A DNA stretch of 64,000 nucleotides from an uncultured virus (IMG/VR IMGVR_UViG_3300022602_000040) (lineage: Duplodnaviria > Heunggongvirae > Uroviricota > Caudoviricetes): the IMG/VR virus record IMGVR_UViG_3300022602_000040. One strand, given 5' to 3'. Under the pieces are notes generated by a model. The model ran no database searches and was not told the origin of the DNA. It saw only the letters and a program-made list of their open reading frames with translations. Of the stretch, positions 55,453 to 64,000 are shown piece after piece. The position numbers were made by a program, and so were the translations under genes. Positions within the stretch are counted from its first letter, which is position 1, and each line of letters starts with the position of its first letter.

Positions 55453-57876
55453 TTATAGTCCAGTGACAGAAGAGAATGACACGCTCGAGCCAACAGCCAC
55501 AAAGTTAAGCTGAATAAAGTTGATCGATCTGTTTGGCTTGATGTAGATATCACCAACAAACTGGTTAGCGTCGATAACAGTGCTTGTATTATTTGTAGAG
55601 TCACAGATAACACTGAAGTCCTGAATACCACGACGGCCCTGAATGTCTCTTAGGTAAGGCTCAACAAGATTGACGAACTGAGCTTGTGTGAACGAGTCGT
55701 TGAACTCGAACAACGAAGCTTGTGCAGCCTTCGAAATTGCCTTCTCAAGAGTGATGAATAGTCTACGAACGTTGATGCGATCAAATGCAGACGAACGTCC
55801 AATCAATGTCTTGTCCCCGTACAAGATTGTACCTTGACCTGGGAATGTAGCTACTGGGTTGACGTAATTCTGATACAGATAATCGCGATCTGTCTTCGAT
55901 GGATTGTACGATAGCTTGATAATGTTCTTGATAACACCACGTGTTGAACCTGCTGGCGAGTACCATGGATCGAACGAAGCGTCTGTCGAAGCACATAGAC
56001 CAGCGATGTCACCATTCAGCGGAATCCAACGATTGACGTCGTTGTACTTGTCGTACTGATACTTGTAACCGCTATCCATGAACGCATAAGACGAAGCTCT
56101 TAGGTTGTTACGGAACGAAACAATATCAAGAGGTGCCTGATTCAACGTGTTGTTGACTGCGTTCGAAATGTATGGCGAAGTGAATACAATACAATCCTTA
56201 CGAACCGTTGCGATGTTGTCGATCAAGTAGTTGGTCAACTGGTAACTTGGATATGTACCAAATGCCTGAGTTGCTGACGAGTCACCACGAGACTTACCTG
56301 TGATCACTAGCGAGACGTCGTACTGTTCTTTATTAGCAAACACGTCGTATGCACGAGTGATTGATGAGAATGCTTCTGTGCTTTCATCCAAGCTATCTGC
56401 ACCACTATTGAAGTAAGCGGTGAATGGAGCGCTAAGCGATGAAGACGAAAGAGCAGCCGCTGTACCAGAAGGTGCTGTGCTACGATCAGAAGCAGCCCAA
56501 ATGTAGTTAGACTGTGCAGCGATTACGTTCTTGTAGTATAGCGATAGACCGTTTGCATCTCTCGAATCAGTTGCACGCGATACGTTCTGGAATACTTCAA
56601 GAACTGTTCCTGGGTTGCCAGAGAACTGACCACCAGCGTCAACAACTACGACATGCATCGAGTCGTTGGCTGCCGTATTACCAAACTGTGATTGGTACTG
56701 CGACTGTGTTGGAGCACCACTAACGACACCGTTGTATTCCCACGAACGAGTTACAGTGGTCGCGTTATATGTGGTCGATAGCTTATATGTCTGGTCAAGT
56801 GTGAAGGTAACAGTAGCCACACCAGTATTTGTACCAGCTGTGTTGACAACTGCAATAGTTGGCGAGCTGATAATCTTCATGTATTGCTTACCGATTGATG
56901 TGTTACCAACGGTTAGGATGTCACCGTTTGCAAATGAGTTAGCAACCTGCTGAGCAAATGCAAGAGGTGTAGAACCTGTAAGAGCAACTGTGTTCGACAA
57001 TGTAATAACAGCAGTATTACCACCAACAGCTACCTGCAACGCACCGGTGAACTGGTTGTTCGAGAACGAAGTGTTTGTGGTAGTTGTGTTTGTGAAGTCG
57101 AATGTCTGACCAAACTGGTTTGCGTTATCGCACTGAGAAATCTTCAACGAGTTACCAAGCGCACCAGCCCATCTTGCAAGATACTGTACGTTCGATGCAA
57201 AGAAGTTAGGTGTTGCTGACTTAGCTGTATAGTCGTCACGATTCTTAATTGTCTGCGAAGGACGTAGAACAGTTGTTAGTGTGTGACCTGTTTCGTTTGT
57301 ACCAGCTGTGATGTTAACAGAGTTGCCACCTGGTGTAAGCGATAGCGTAATACCAGTTGCCGAAGCGTTCACGTATGCAGCGGTGTTTGTTACCCAATAT
57401 GTTGCACCGTTCGATAGACCGCTTAGAGCTGTGTTACCTGCTGCAACGGTGTAAAGGACTTGGTCACCTACCTGAACAGGAACAGAAGAACCAAGATAGA
57501 TAGCTTCCGATGTGCCGTTTGCAAGCGATGGGTTGAAAGTAGCTGTAGTAATTGCAGTGGTGTTAGCAATAGCTGCGGCTGCTACGTATGTGTTAGCTGC
57601 ACGCGAAACCCAAAGTGCGTTACCATATGCAAGGAAGTTAGCTGCTGAGAACCATGTTTCAGGATTCAGGTTGGATGGAGTGCCGAACTGCTTTGCAAGA
57701 TCGTTTTCTAGTGCTAGAAGAGTTGGTGTTTCGATTGGGCCCCAGCGGAATACGCCGCCGATTGCGCCTGCTGTAGTCGAAACTGTAGGTACGGAAGTGG
57801 TCAGGTCAATTTCGCTGACATTAACACCCGCACTTAGCTGAAAACCCCCACCTGTTCCTACTGTAGGTACTGCCAT
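55453..57876 (-). CDS. gp18: tail sheath protein
   Basis: GVNVSEIDLT, F.WGP, PWYSPAG..RG, FDRINVRRLF, KPNRSINFI.LNF. Confidence 0.97.
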   Translation of the reverse strand: MAVPTVGTGGGFQLSAGVNVSEIDLTTSVPTVSTTAGAIGGVFRWGPIETPTLLALENDLAKQFGTPSNLNPETWFSAANFLAYGNALWVSRAANTYVAAAAIANTTAITTATFNPSLANGTSEAIYLGSSVPVQVGDQVLYTVAAGNTALSGLSNGATYWVTNTAAYVNASATGITLSLTPGGNSVNITAGTNETGHTLTTVLRPSQTIKNRDDYTAKSATPNFFASNVQYLARWAGALGNSLKISQCDNANQFGQTFDFTNTTTTNTSFSNNQFTGALQVAVGGNTAVITLSNTVALTGSTPLAFAQQVANSFANGDILTVGNTSIGKQYMKIISSPTIAVVNTAGTNTGVATVTFTLDQTYKLSTTYNATTVTRSWEYNGVVSGAPTQSQYQSQFGNTAANDSMHVVVVDAGGQFSGNPGTVLEVFQNVSRATDSRDANGLSLYYKNVIAAQSNYIWAASDRSTAPSGTAAALSSSSLSAPFTAYFNSGADSLDESTEAFSSITRAYDVFANKEQYDVSLVITGKSRGDSSATQAFGTYPSYQLTNYLIDNIATVRKDCIVFTSPYISNAVNNTLNQAPLDIVSFRNNLRASSYAFMDSGYKYQYDKYNDVNRWIPLNGDIAGLCASTDASFDPWYSPAGSTRGVIKNIIKLSYNPSKTDRDYLYQNYVNPVATFPGQGTILYGDKTLIGRSSAFDRINVRRLFITLEKAISKAAQASLFEFNDSFTQAQFVNLVEPYLRDIQGRRGIQDFSVICDSTNNTSTVIDANQFVGDIYIKPNRSINFIQLNFVAVGSSVSFSSVTGL

Positions 57877-57941
57877 TGTAATCTCCCTTTATCGAGTAGA
57901 GTTGTTATTGTTTGCTTTTTCATATTTATCAAATAACGAAA

Positions 57942-59594
57942 TTAGGAGAACAACCCTCTGAACTCGCCCATAAGCTGTGGATTATTTATCAAATCAATAG
58001 ATTCGTTATATGGATCGTCAAGATCTTCTTGGGCGTGGTAGAATGAAATCAATTCACTCTCCATTTCTTCTTCTGATCTATCTCTTAGTTTAGCAAGAGT
58101 GTTGATATCTGTTAGTTCTTTGAAGTATTGTTGGTCGGACATCCAAGCAAACAACACAAGACCCATAGCCAAGTCATCATTGGCTCCTGGTTCTGCTTCG
58201 TACGATGTTCCTTTCTTAGAGAAACGAGACAGTTCGTGAATAGTGTCATGGTCGTTGATAATCAACTGATACTGCTCAACCAATAGCTTTAACATCGAAC
58301 AACCAACAGCCTTCACCACCTTTGTTGTTCTTACACCTCGCTCTAGCTTGGTTTCTTTCTTACCAAAACCAGCAGATATCTGCTTGCCTCTTACTCCGGC
58401 ATTCTGTGTATAGATGATATTTTCGTATTCATAATCTTGAAACAACGAGTCGGCGACCTGCTGACCCACATCGTTTACTTCAACGAGGACAGATGCCCTG
58501 TTGTAAGCCTTACCAATTCGTTGTATAGTGTCAGCATAATCCAGAGGTGTGATCATATTGCTACGATACGTGCACACTTGCTGATAGGGCATCTTGGTAA
58601 CGTCAATCACGTGGAAGGCCGAATAGTCCAATCCTTTACCACGAGACACGTCAACGGACATCACATACGAGTGACCCTTTTCTGGCATGAAGTATTGCGT
58701 CAAGCCATCCCACGAGTTGAGTGGGGTTTTGGATACAAGCGTCTTCAAGCAAGCACCAGAAATCAACGTACCAGACGAACCAAGCCATGCGCATTCGAAT
58801 TCCTGAGCGAACTTCTCGTAATCGAAGTCCATAGCTGCAAGGGTTTCCTGCTTCCACTTCTCTCCACGACCAGGAACCATCTGCCAAGGCACTTCGACGT
58901 ATTGATATCCGTTAGTACCCTCCTTAGCACCCATGCACGTCTTGTAGAAGTGGTTCAAGCCATTAGGTGTGGATGTGAACAGAATCTTGGTAGTTTCGCC
59001 AGACGAAATCGTTGGGAAAACCGAAGCGAAGAACTCATCCCAGTTTTCAACGAACGCAGCTTCGTCGATGTATAGTAGCGAGATAGACTTACCACGAATC
59101 GCTGACGAGGATGTTGCAGCCGCAATAACCTTACATCCATTTTCAAGCTCGATCGAACCTTTGTTCCACTCAACGACCCCCTGCTGAAGCCAATCGGGTA
59201 GGGATTCGTATGACAACTGAATACGATCGAGAATTTCTCGAGCTGCGTCACCTTTGTTAGCAAGCAATGCAACTGTCTTATGTGAATTGAACAGAATGTA
59301 GTGAAGAATGATCGCAGCAGCGGTTGTTGTCTTACCAGCCTGACGAGACGTAACAACTGTAACACGTCTGTTGTTCTGTAGCTTGTTGATAATCTCTTTC
59401 TGATAATCATACAACTGAATAGGGATCAAGCCTCTATCCACATGTACGATTTGAATGTACTTTTCAGAGAAGTAGATAGGATCCTGAGCGCACTTTAACC
59501 ACTCTTGAAGTTGTTCTGCTGTCCATTGAATCTTTTTACGCGACTTCTTCAATAGTGGGTTACCGTTGTACCCACGATCAGGAATATTAACCAT
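57942..59594 (-). CDS. gp17: terminase large subunit
   Basis: YNGNPLLK, SRQAGKTT, IDEAAF, TSTPNG, DVSRG.GLDYS, NDDLAM. Confidence 0.98.
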   Translation of the reverse strand: MVNIPDRGYNGNPLLKKSRKKIQWTAEQLQEWLKCAQDPIYFSEKYIQIVHVDRGLIPIQLYDYQKEIINKLQNNRRVTVVTSRQAGKTTTAAAIILHYILFNSHKTVALLANKGDAAREILDRIQLSYESLPDWLQQGVVEWNKGSIELENGCKVIAAATSSSAIRGKSISLLYIDEAAFVENWDEFFASVFPTISSGETTKILFTSTPNGLNHFYKTCMGAKEGTNGYQYVEVPWQMVPGRGEKWKQETLAAMDFDYEKFAQEFECAWLGSSGTLISGACLKTLVSKTPLNSWDGLTQYFMPEKGHSYVMSVDVSRGKGLDYSAFHVIDVTKMPYQQVCTYRSNMITPLDYADTIQRIGKAYNRASVLVEVNDVGQQVADSLFQDYEYENIIYTQNAGVRGKQISAGFGKKETKLERGVRTTKVVKAVGCSMLKLLVEQYQLIINDHDTIHELSRFSKKGTSYEAEPGANDDLAMGLVLFAWMSDQQYFKELTDINTLAKLRDRSEEEMESELISFYHAQEDLDDPYNESIDLINNPQLMGEFRGLFS

Positions 59595-59997
59595 CCTTGT
59601 TTTGCATGTCCTCTAGCATTTTCTGTAGTTCAGCCGTCGACCCCACAAACAAATTGTTGACTACCTGACCCTCTTCACCTTGAGGTTGGCCACCCTTAGG
59701 GTTCATCACTCTTTGCTTCTTTATCTGTAGATCAGCCAGTCCCATAGAGACATCTGCCATTGTCTTGATTGCAGCATTGAGCACTTCGTACGCCTTAGGA
59801 TGCTGGGACTGACGCGCGATCAGCAACATATCCTCAACAGCCTCTTGACTTTTTACCACAGCATCGTATAATGTAGTTCTGGCGTAGTCGATATCGCCAG
59901 CAGCTTGTTCTGTGCTGGTATTGGAGTCAACGGGAACCAAAAGGTTCTTTTCTTCGTATGGAACGAGATCCAATGCTTTGTTAATCTTGTCTGACAT
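59587..59997 (-). CDS. gp16: terminase small subunit
   Basis: DIDYAR, HPKAYEV, NNLFVGSTAELQK. Confidence 0.93.
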   Translation of the reverse strand: MSDKINKALDLVPYEEKNLLVPVDSNTSTEQAAGDIDYARTTLYDAVVKSQEAVEDMLLIARQSQHPKAYEVLNAAIKTMADVSMGLADLQIKKQRVMNPKGGQPQGEEGQVVNNLFVGSTAELQKMLEDMQNKDG

Positions 59998-59998
59998 T

Positions 59999-60817
59999 TT
60001 ATATGTTCTCGGTAAATTCCGTTATAAATCCATAATCGTCTGTTGAATTGATTAGGTTATAGTCAATACTTGCAGCAGCATTCGATGTAGGTTGGCCGTT
60101 AGCCGTTAATCCTGGTTCAACAAGAATGTTGCCGAATGCAGGGTCCGTAGTACTTATACTTTGACCAGTGGGTGGAATGTGTAGATCGATCATGGTTTGC
60201 TTAATAATGCCACCAGTCTTGGTAGGTCCGAACAACCAACCCTTCATAGTGAAGTTAAGTGTCCATACAAGTGAACGACGTTCCTCGAAGTTACCATCGT
60301 ATGTGTCTTCCTGACGAATCTGATTGATTACGATAGGAACATCATACTTGATACCCAAGTCAGGGTTTACGTTAAGAGTCGCTGTCCATTCAGGTGCAAA
60401 GAATGGTAGAATCTGCTCGACAATACGTGTACCGTCTTCTGCGTTCTTTACCATGATGTAAAGCTCAAAATCGAAGTCGTATGGAACAGGATTGTACTGA
60501 TAAGACTTTGTGTTAGGGTTTGGTCCAGCACCTGTTAGTCTACCCACCGTAGACATCTTTCTCTGATGGTCGAATCGATAGTCGACGATTTGGAAAGACA
60601 TGCGTGGTAGTGAGATAGCAATAGGACGATTTAAGTCTGGGTTTGCAACGAGACGGGCAAGAAACTTTTCCTTTGGACCGTAGTTCAGAGGAACCTTCAT
60701 TACCTGTACTTGATTACCTTCTGCATCATCACGCGTAAGTATGACGTCGTTGAACATCATACCGAAGTAGATGACATACTTGCGAATGGTTCCTGGGTTC
60801 CAGCACTGGCCAAACAT
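59999..60817 (-). CDS. gp15: tail sheath stabiliser/terminator
   Basis: VPLNYGPKEKFL, LPRMSF, PVPY, EQILPFF.P. Confidence 0.93.
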   Translation of the reverse strand: MFGQCWNPGTIRKYVIYFGMMFNDVILTRDDAEGNQVQVMKVPLNYGPKEKFLARLVANPDLNRPIAISLPRMSFQIVDYRFDHQRKMSTVGRLTGAGPNPNTKSYQYNPVPYDFDFELYIMVKNAEDGTRIVEQILPFFAPEWTATLNVNPDLGIKYDVPIVINQIRQEDTYDGNFEERRSLVWTLNFTMKGWLFGPTKTGGIIKQTMIDLHIPPTGQSISTTDPAFGNILVEPGLTANGQPTSNAAASIDYNLINSTDDYGFITEFTENI

Positions 60818-61548
60818 TATAGAATTCCCTCTGAGAATGGATCCACTTGAGTCCAGTCAATGATGCCTTGACCATCGGTTGTGATGACTGTGTTATCAGC
60901 CATGCCACTGTTCTGTTGGTCGTAGTCAAACTGACCTAGAAGAATAGCACCACCCGCATCAGTGAACAGTGTATTGCCAGTATTGGTAAGAATGCCGAAT
61001 GATTCTTCATCGATCGAGTAGGTGTTACCGATTGCATCGATCTCTGCAATACCAGTGTTAAGATGTTCGGAAGAGTATTCAAACACTTCACATACGCAAT
61101 CCCAAACCTGTAGTGCACCCATCTGATAGAAGATGGGTGTGTTCTTGACCATCTTAATGATGAACAAACGCTTCATCATCGATGAGTAAATCAAGTCCCC
61201 TTCCTGTGGTCGGTCGAGTAATGCTTCTTGTCCAATCTCATTGTAGAACGTACGACGAGCTACGGTAAAGGTTGTCTGGTCTCTGATCTCAAGATTAAAC
61301 TTGGACAGGAACGTATTCTCACCACCATCCCAATCGCTAAACGAACGAATGTACATATCGAATTCGTATGCATTGTTGTATGAGGAAATAGGTGCTTCAC
61401 CGTACAGCTGGTCGTAGTTGTTTAGTGTTCTTGGGCAGTAGTAGATAGAGTGACCGTAAATGGAAATCGACTCTACAATAAGAGACTCAATGAGATCTTG
61501 CTCCATCGAGTTCGTGAAATTATTGAAATAGAAGTTTGAAGAGGTCAC
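60817..61548 (-). CDS. gp14: neck protein
   Basis: EQDLIESL..ESI..YG, LSKF, RPQEGDLIY, FYQMG, FEYS.E..TG. Confidence 0.93.
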   Translation of the reverse strand: MTSSNFYFNNFTNSMEQDLIESLIVESISIYGHSIYYCPRTLNNYDQLYGEAPISSYNNAYEFDMYIRSFSDWDGGENTFLSKFNLEIRDQTTFTVARRTFYNEIGQEALLDRPQEGDLIYSSMMKRLFIIKMVKNTPIFYQMGALQVWDCVCEVFEYSSEHLNTGIAEIDAIGNTYSIDEESFGILTNTGNTLFTDAGGAILLGQFDYDQQNSGMADNTVITTDGQGIIDWTQVDPFSEGIL

Positions 61549-61553
61549 TCTTG

Positions 61554-62297
61554 TTATCCAATCATATGTGCGACTGGCAAGCTGTAAGAGTTGATCATCT
61601 CAGCTTCCATCTTTTCGATCTCAGCTTCAGCATCCTTCAAAATCTGTTGACCGTTGAACTGAACACCACCTGGTAGCTGCATCCCTGTGAACTTAGTGAG
61701 GTTGGAACCCCATTGATACTTAATCTTGGCTGTCGTATAGTTCTGCAACCAACGATCGCCCCATACTGCTGTGTAGACATCTGGATCGATTACTTCATAT
61801 GCTTCGACTAGCAGATACTCACCGATGATGACCGTGTTCCAGTCCATGTCAAGGTATAGCAATCCTTTATGTCTTGAATAACGAATAGGAATCTTACCAA
61901 CGAGAAGTTCGGTGATCAGTGATAGGTGTTCCATAACCATATAGTATGGAACCATCGAAACAGATGTAAGCGTGTACAAGTCGTTCAATGCGATCTGATA
62001 ACGTATGTTGAATAGGTCGTCAGCACGAACCATTGGATCGCCCATAGAGAATACAGATACAGCGCCGATAATGTTCGGTGGGAGTGTGATGTATTTGTTG
62101 TCGATATCTTCTTGTTGGATTTGATGCTTGTAATAGATCTTATCCGATCCATCGAAGTGGTAATCCCAGTAATAGAGTAATGCTTCGTCTACACGGTCGT
62201 CTACCTGATCATCGTCGACATTAATCTCGATAACCGGTGCGCCTAGCTTACGTAGGCAGTATGCTTTGAAATCGTCTCTTGACTGTGGAATGGCCAT
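61554..62297 (-). CDS. gp13: neck protein
   Basis: YCLRKLGAPVIEINV, YHFDG, QWGSNL.KF.G.QLPGG. Confidence 0.95.
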   Translation of the reverse strand: MAIPQSRDDFKAYCLRKLGAPVIEINVDDDQVDDRVDEALLYYWDYHFDGSDKIYYKHQIQQEDIDNKYITLPPNIIGAVSVFSMGDPMVRADDLFNIRYQIALNDLYTLTSVSMVPYYMVMEHLSLITELLVGKIPIRYSRHKGLLYLDMDWNTVIIGEYLLVEAYEVIDPDVYTAVWGDRWLQNYTTAKIKYQWGSNLTKFTGMQLPGGVQFNGQQILKDAEAEIEKMEAEMINSYSLPVAHMIG

Positions 62298-62333
62298 ATT
62301 AATACCTCGATGCTTTTAGAAGTATTTATCAAC

Positions 62334-62615
62334 CTATAGGTTGTATTGTTTGGGAATATTCATCACGCGACTGTTGTCTTCAAGAGCCTTTATAGAGTGT
62401 TGTTGCCCGTTGAAAAATTCTATGATGTTGCCGGATTCTAGAATCTTGCTGTAAGTTGGGGTATCTATTTGAACTCTTCCCTTACAGCATATGGTAATAT
62501 GAACGGATTTGTCTTCAGCAAAATGCGTATGCGGCGATAGAATGTCACCAGCGAATTCAAAATCGTATATGTTGACCAAAAGCTGATCAAACTTAACCTG
62601 TTTTAAATTAAGCAT
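62334..62615 (-). CDS. cupin-like protein
   Basis: PHTH...HITI...G and QHSIKALED motifs. Confidence 0.65.
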   Translation of the reverse strand: MLNLKQVKFDQLLVNIYDFEFAGDILSPHTHFAEDKSVHITICCKGRVQIDTPTYSKILESGNIIEFFNGQQHSIKALEDNSRVMNIPKQYNL

Positions 62616-62905
62616 TAGTATACCTGATCATCACCATCTACCGGTTCGTTGACATCGAATGTTTGCCCAACGAATTGATCGACGATGTCGTAGACACCTG
62701 TTTTAATCTTTTCGTGTTTTTCGTTTTGCATTTTGAAATGCAAGTGCGGAGCAAATTTACTGATGTGGTTCTGAAAATCTTCGTTGGTGTTTACGTTTTC
62801 AGCGATAGGAACAGCTACTCTTAGGTCTTGGTTGTCGTATGGATCAGTATACACTACTGTCATTACACCGTTCAATTTATCCACTGATTCTATAAAACAT
62901 TTCAT
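62615..62905 (-). CDS. hypothetical protein
   Basis: Coupled ORF downstream of fibre gene. Confidence 0.65.
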   Translation of the reverse strand: MKCFIESVDKLNGVMTVVYTDPYDNQDLRVAVPIAENVNTNEDFQNHISKFAPHLHFKMQNEKHEKIKTGVYDIVDQFVGQTFDVNEPVDGDDQVY

Positions 62906-62916
62906 AATAAGTTCCT

Positions 62917-63756
62917 TTATGAATATGATACCTTAACCTGACCATTAGCACCGGAACCACCAGCGTACACACCAGTACCACCTGCGCCTCCTGTACCAAC
63001 TGTAACAGTTAGAACTGTACCAGGTGTAAGAGTCGTTATAATTGTTTTGGAGTAGCCACCACCGCCACCACCGCCACCATAAGACTGGTGACACGTAGTT
63101 GCAAAAAATCTCGACGCGCCGCCACCACCGCCGCCCGGTATCGTACCAGCACCACCCGCCCCGTTAAGACCGGTTTGTCCTGCACCACCGGAGCCACCAT
63201 TAGCACCCGCGCCACCGTTACCACCTGTACATGCTACCGTAGAACCAGCTTGACCTGCAGTACCGGTTGTGTTTACTGATGTACCACCCGAAGCTGTACC
63301 GCCCGAACCGCCACCCCCGAGGTTTCCTGCACCAGTTGCACCCGAACCACCGTTTGCAGTCATAGTGGTTAATCCGGTGCCGGTTACGGAAGACGCGGCG
63401 CCTGCACCACCAACACTGGTTCCGGTATTGGTAGCGCCGCCACCACCGCCACCCGCGCCCCACACTTCAATAATCAACTGGGTGTAGCCAGTAGGTACGG
63501 TATATGTACCGTTTGCAGAGAAAGTCTGAGAACCCGATGCAAAAGCAGTCTTACCGTAAAGGTTGCTAAAGGAAATAGCACCAGAAGGAATACCAGCCAG
63601 TGCCCTTACAGCACTATCGTTCATTGATATAGCGCTGGTACCTGTCGTAGTATTACCATACGACGATCGCAGCTCATACTCCATAGAGACGTTGTACCCA
63701 GAAACCTGAGTATTACCACCCATAGAAATAGCATTGCCAGATGCGACCATTGTCAT
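62917..63756 (-). CDS. glycine-rich tail fibre/virion protein
   Basis: ISFSNLYGK N-terminal motif, WGAGGGGG and GGGGGGGY Gly-rich domain. Confidence 0.8.
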   Translation of the reverse strand: MTMVASGNAISMGGNTQVSGYNVSMEYELRSSYGNTTTGTSAISMNDSAVRALAGIPSGAISFSNLYGKTAFASGSQTFSANGTYTVPTGYTQLIIEVWGAGGGGGGATNTGTSVGGAGAASSVTGTGLTTMTANGGSGATGAGNLGGGGSGGTASGGTSVNTTGTAGQAGSTVACTGGNGGAGANGGSGGAGQTGLNGAGGAGTIPGGGGGGASRFFATTCHQSYGGGGGGGGYSKTIITTLTPGTVLTVTVGTGGAGGTGVYAGGSGANGQVKVSYS

Positions 63757-63810
63757 AGTTGAATTCTCTTATTGATATGGTTGACTCTGAGCAATTTGCT
63801 CAAGCTCATG

Positions 63811-63999
63811 TTATTCTCCAAGTCTTGAAAGAATAGCATTCAACTTCTCTTCCATTGTATTTAGTTTGATTGCTTGCTGGTCAATGGCCATTTGCTGTTC
63901 TTTGATAGCTTCGATCAACAGTGGGACAAGTTTGTCATATTGTACAGTCTTGTAGTTTTCACCACTCATACTGATCTCATTACCGTCTTCATCCTTGTC
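63811..63999 (-). CDS. C-terminus of tail fibre with peptidase S74 chaperone (partial)
   Basis: SGENYKTVQYDKLVPLLIEAIKEQQ then coiled coil; runs off the window. Confidence 0.8.
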   Translation of the reverse strand, partial: DKDEDGNEISMSGENYKTVQYDKLVPLLIEAIKEQQMAIDQQAIKLNTMEEKLNAILSRLGE

Positions 64000-64000
64000 A

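Noticed and set aside
40051..62297. Introns, inteins or stop-codon reassignment in core genes
   Set aside because: Core genes read as uninterrupted, normal-length ORFs under the standard bacterial code; endonucleases are free-standing between genes
62917..63756. GGN/ACC-rich repeats as a DGR target or tandem repeat array
   Set aside because: Ordinary glycine-rich fibre coding; no template repeat or reverse transcriptase seen
63753..63809. 18-aa ORF between fibre genes
   Set aside because: Too short with no recognisable features; may only be translational coupling or chance

Overview
A 64-kb segment of a T4-like (Tevenvirinae/Kyanoviridae-style) myophage genome, almost all on the minus strand; the host is probably a Gram-negative alphaproteobacterium (inferred from a tRNA body, the promoter style and the curli/OMP genes). 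Right part (44.9-64 kb): T4 core morphogenesis block (end of a tail fibre, gp13-gp23, gp3) plus uvsY/uvsW. Middle (25.7-44.5 kb): gp55, gp47/46, gp45/44/62 and regA, flanking a 7-deazaguanine cluster (QueE, phosphoribosyltransferase, QueD, FolE2, a second QueD-like protein, a DpdA/TGT-like protein, DUF3310; no QueC in the window) interrupted by free-standing homing endonucleases. Left part (0-25.7 kb): accessory genes behind a repeated sigma70-like early promoter (15 copies, all with 17-bp spacing), two RNA ligases, PNK-like kinase, Pth2, DNA ligase, peroxiredoxin, an outer-membrane beta-barrel and two tRNA genes (one with an aberrant palindromic anticodon arm). The most striking element is a tightly coupled operon behind a late promoter (3.7-10.6 kb): two paralogous small membrane proteins, a hidden micro-ORF, CsgF, CsgG, two curlin-repeat proteins, a FecR-domain protein and a CHASE2 class III adenylate cyclase, i.e. 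a candidate phage-encoded curli secretion plus trans-envelope cAMP signalling system. Three 100-N gaps flanked by 127-nt duplications look like assembly artefacts. All calls are from motif recognition by eye; no database searches were run.
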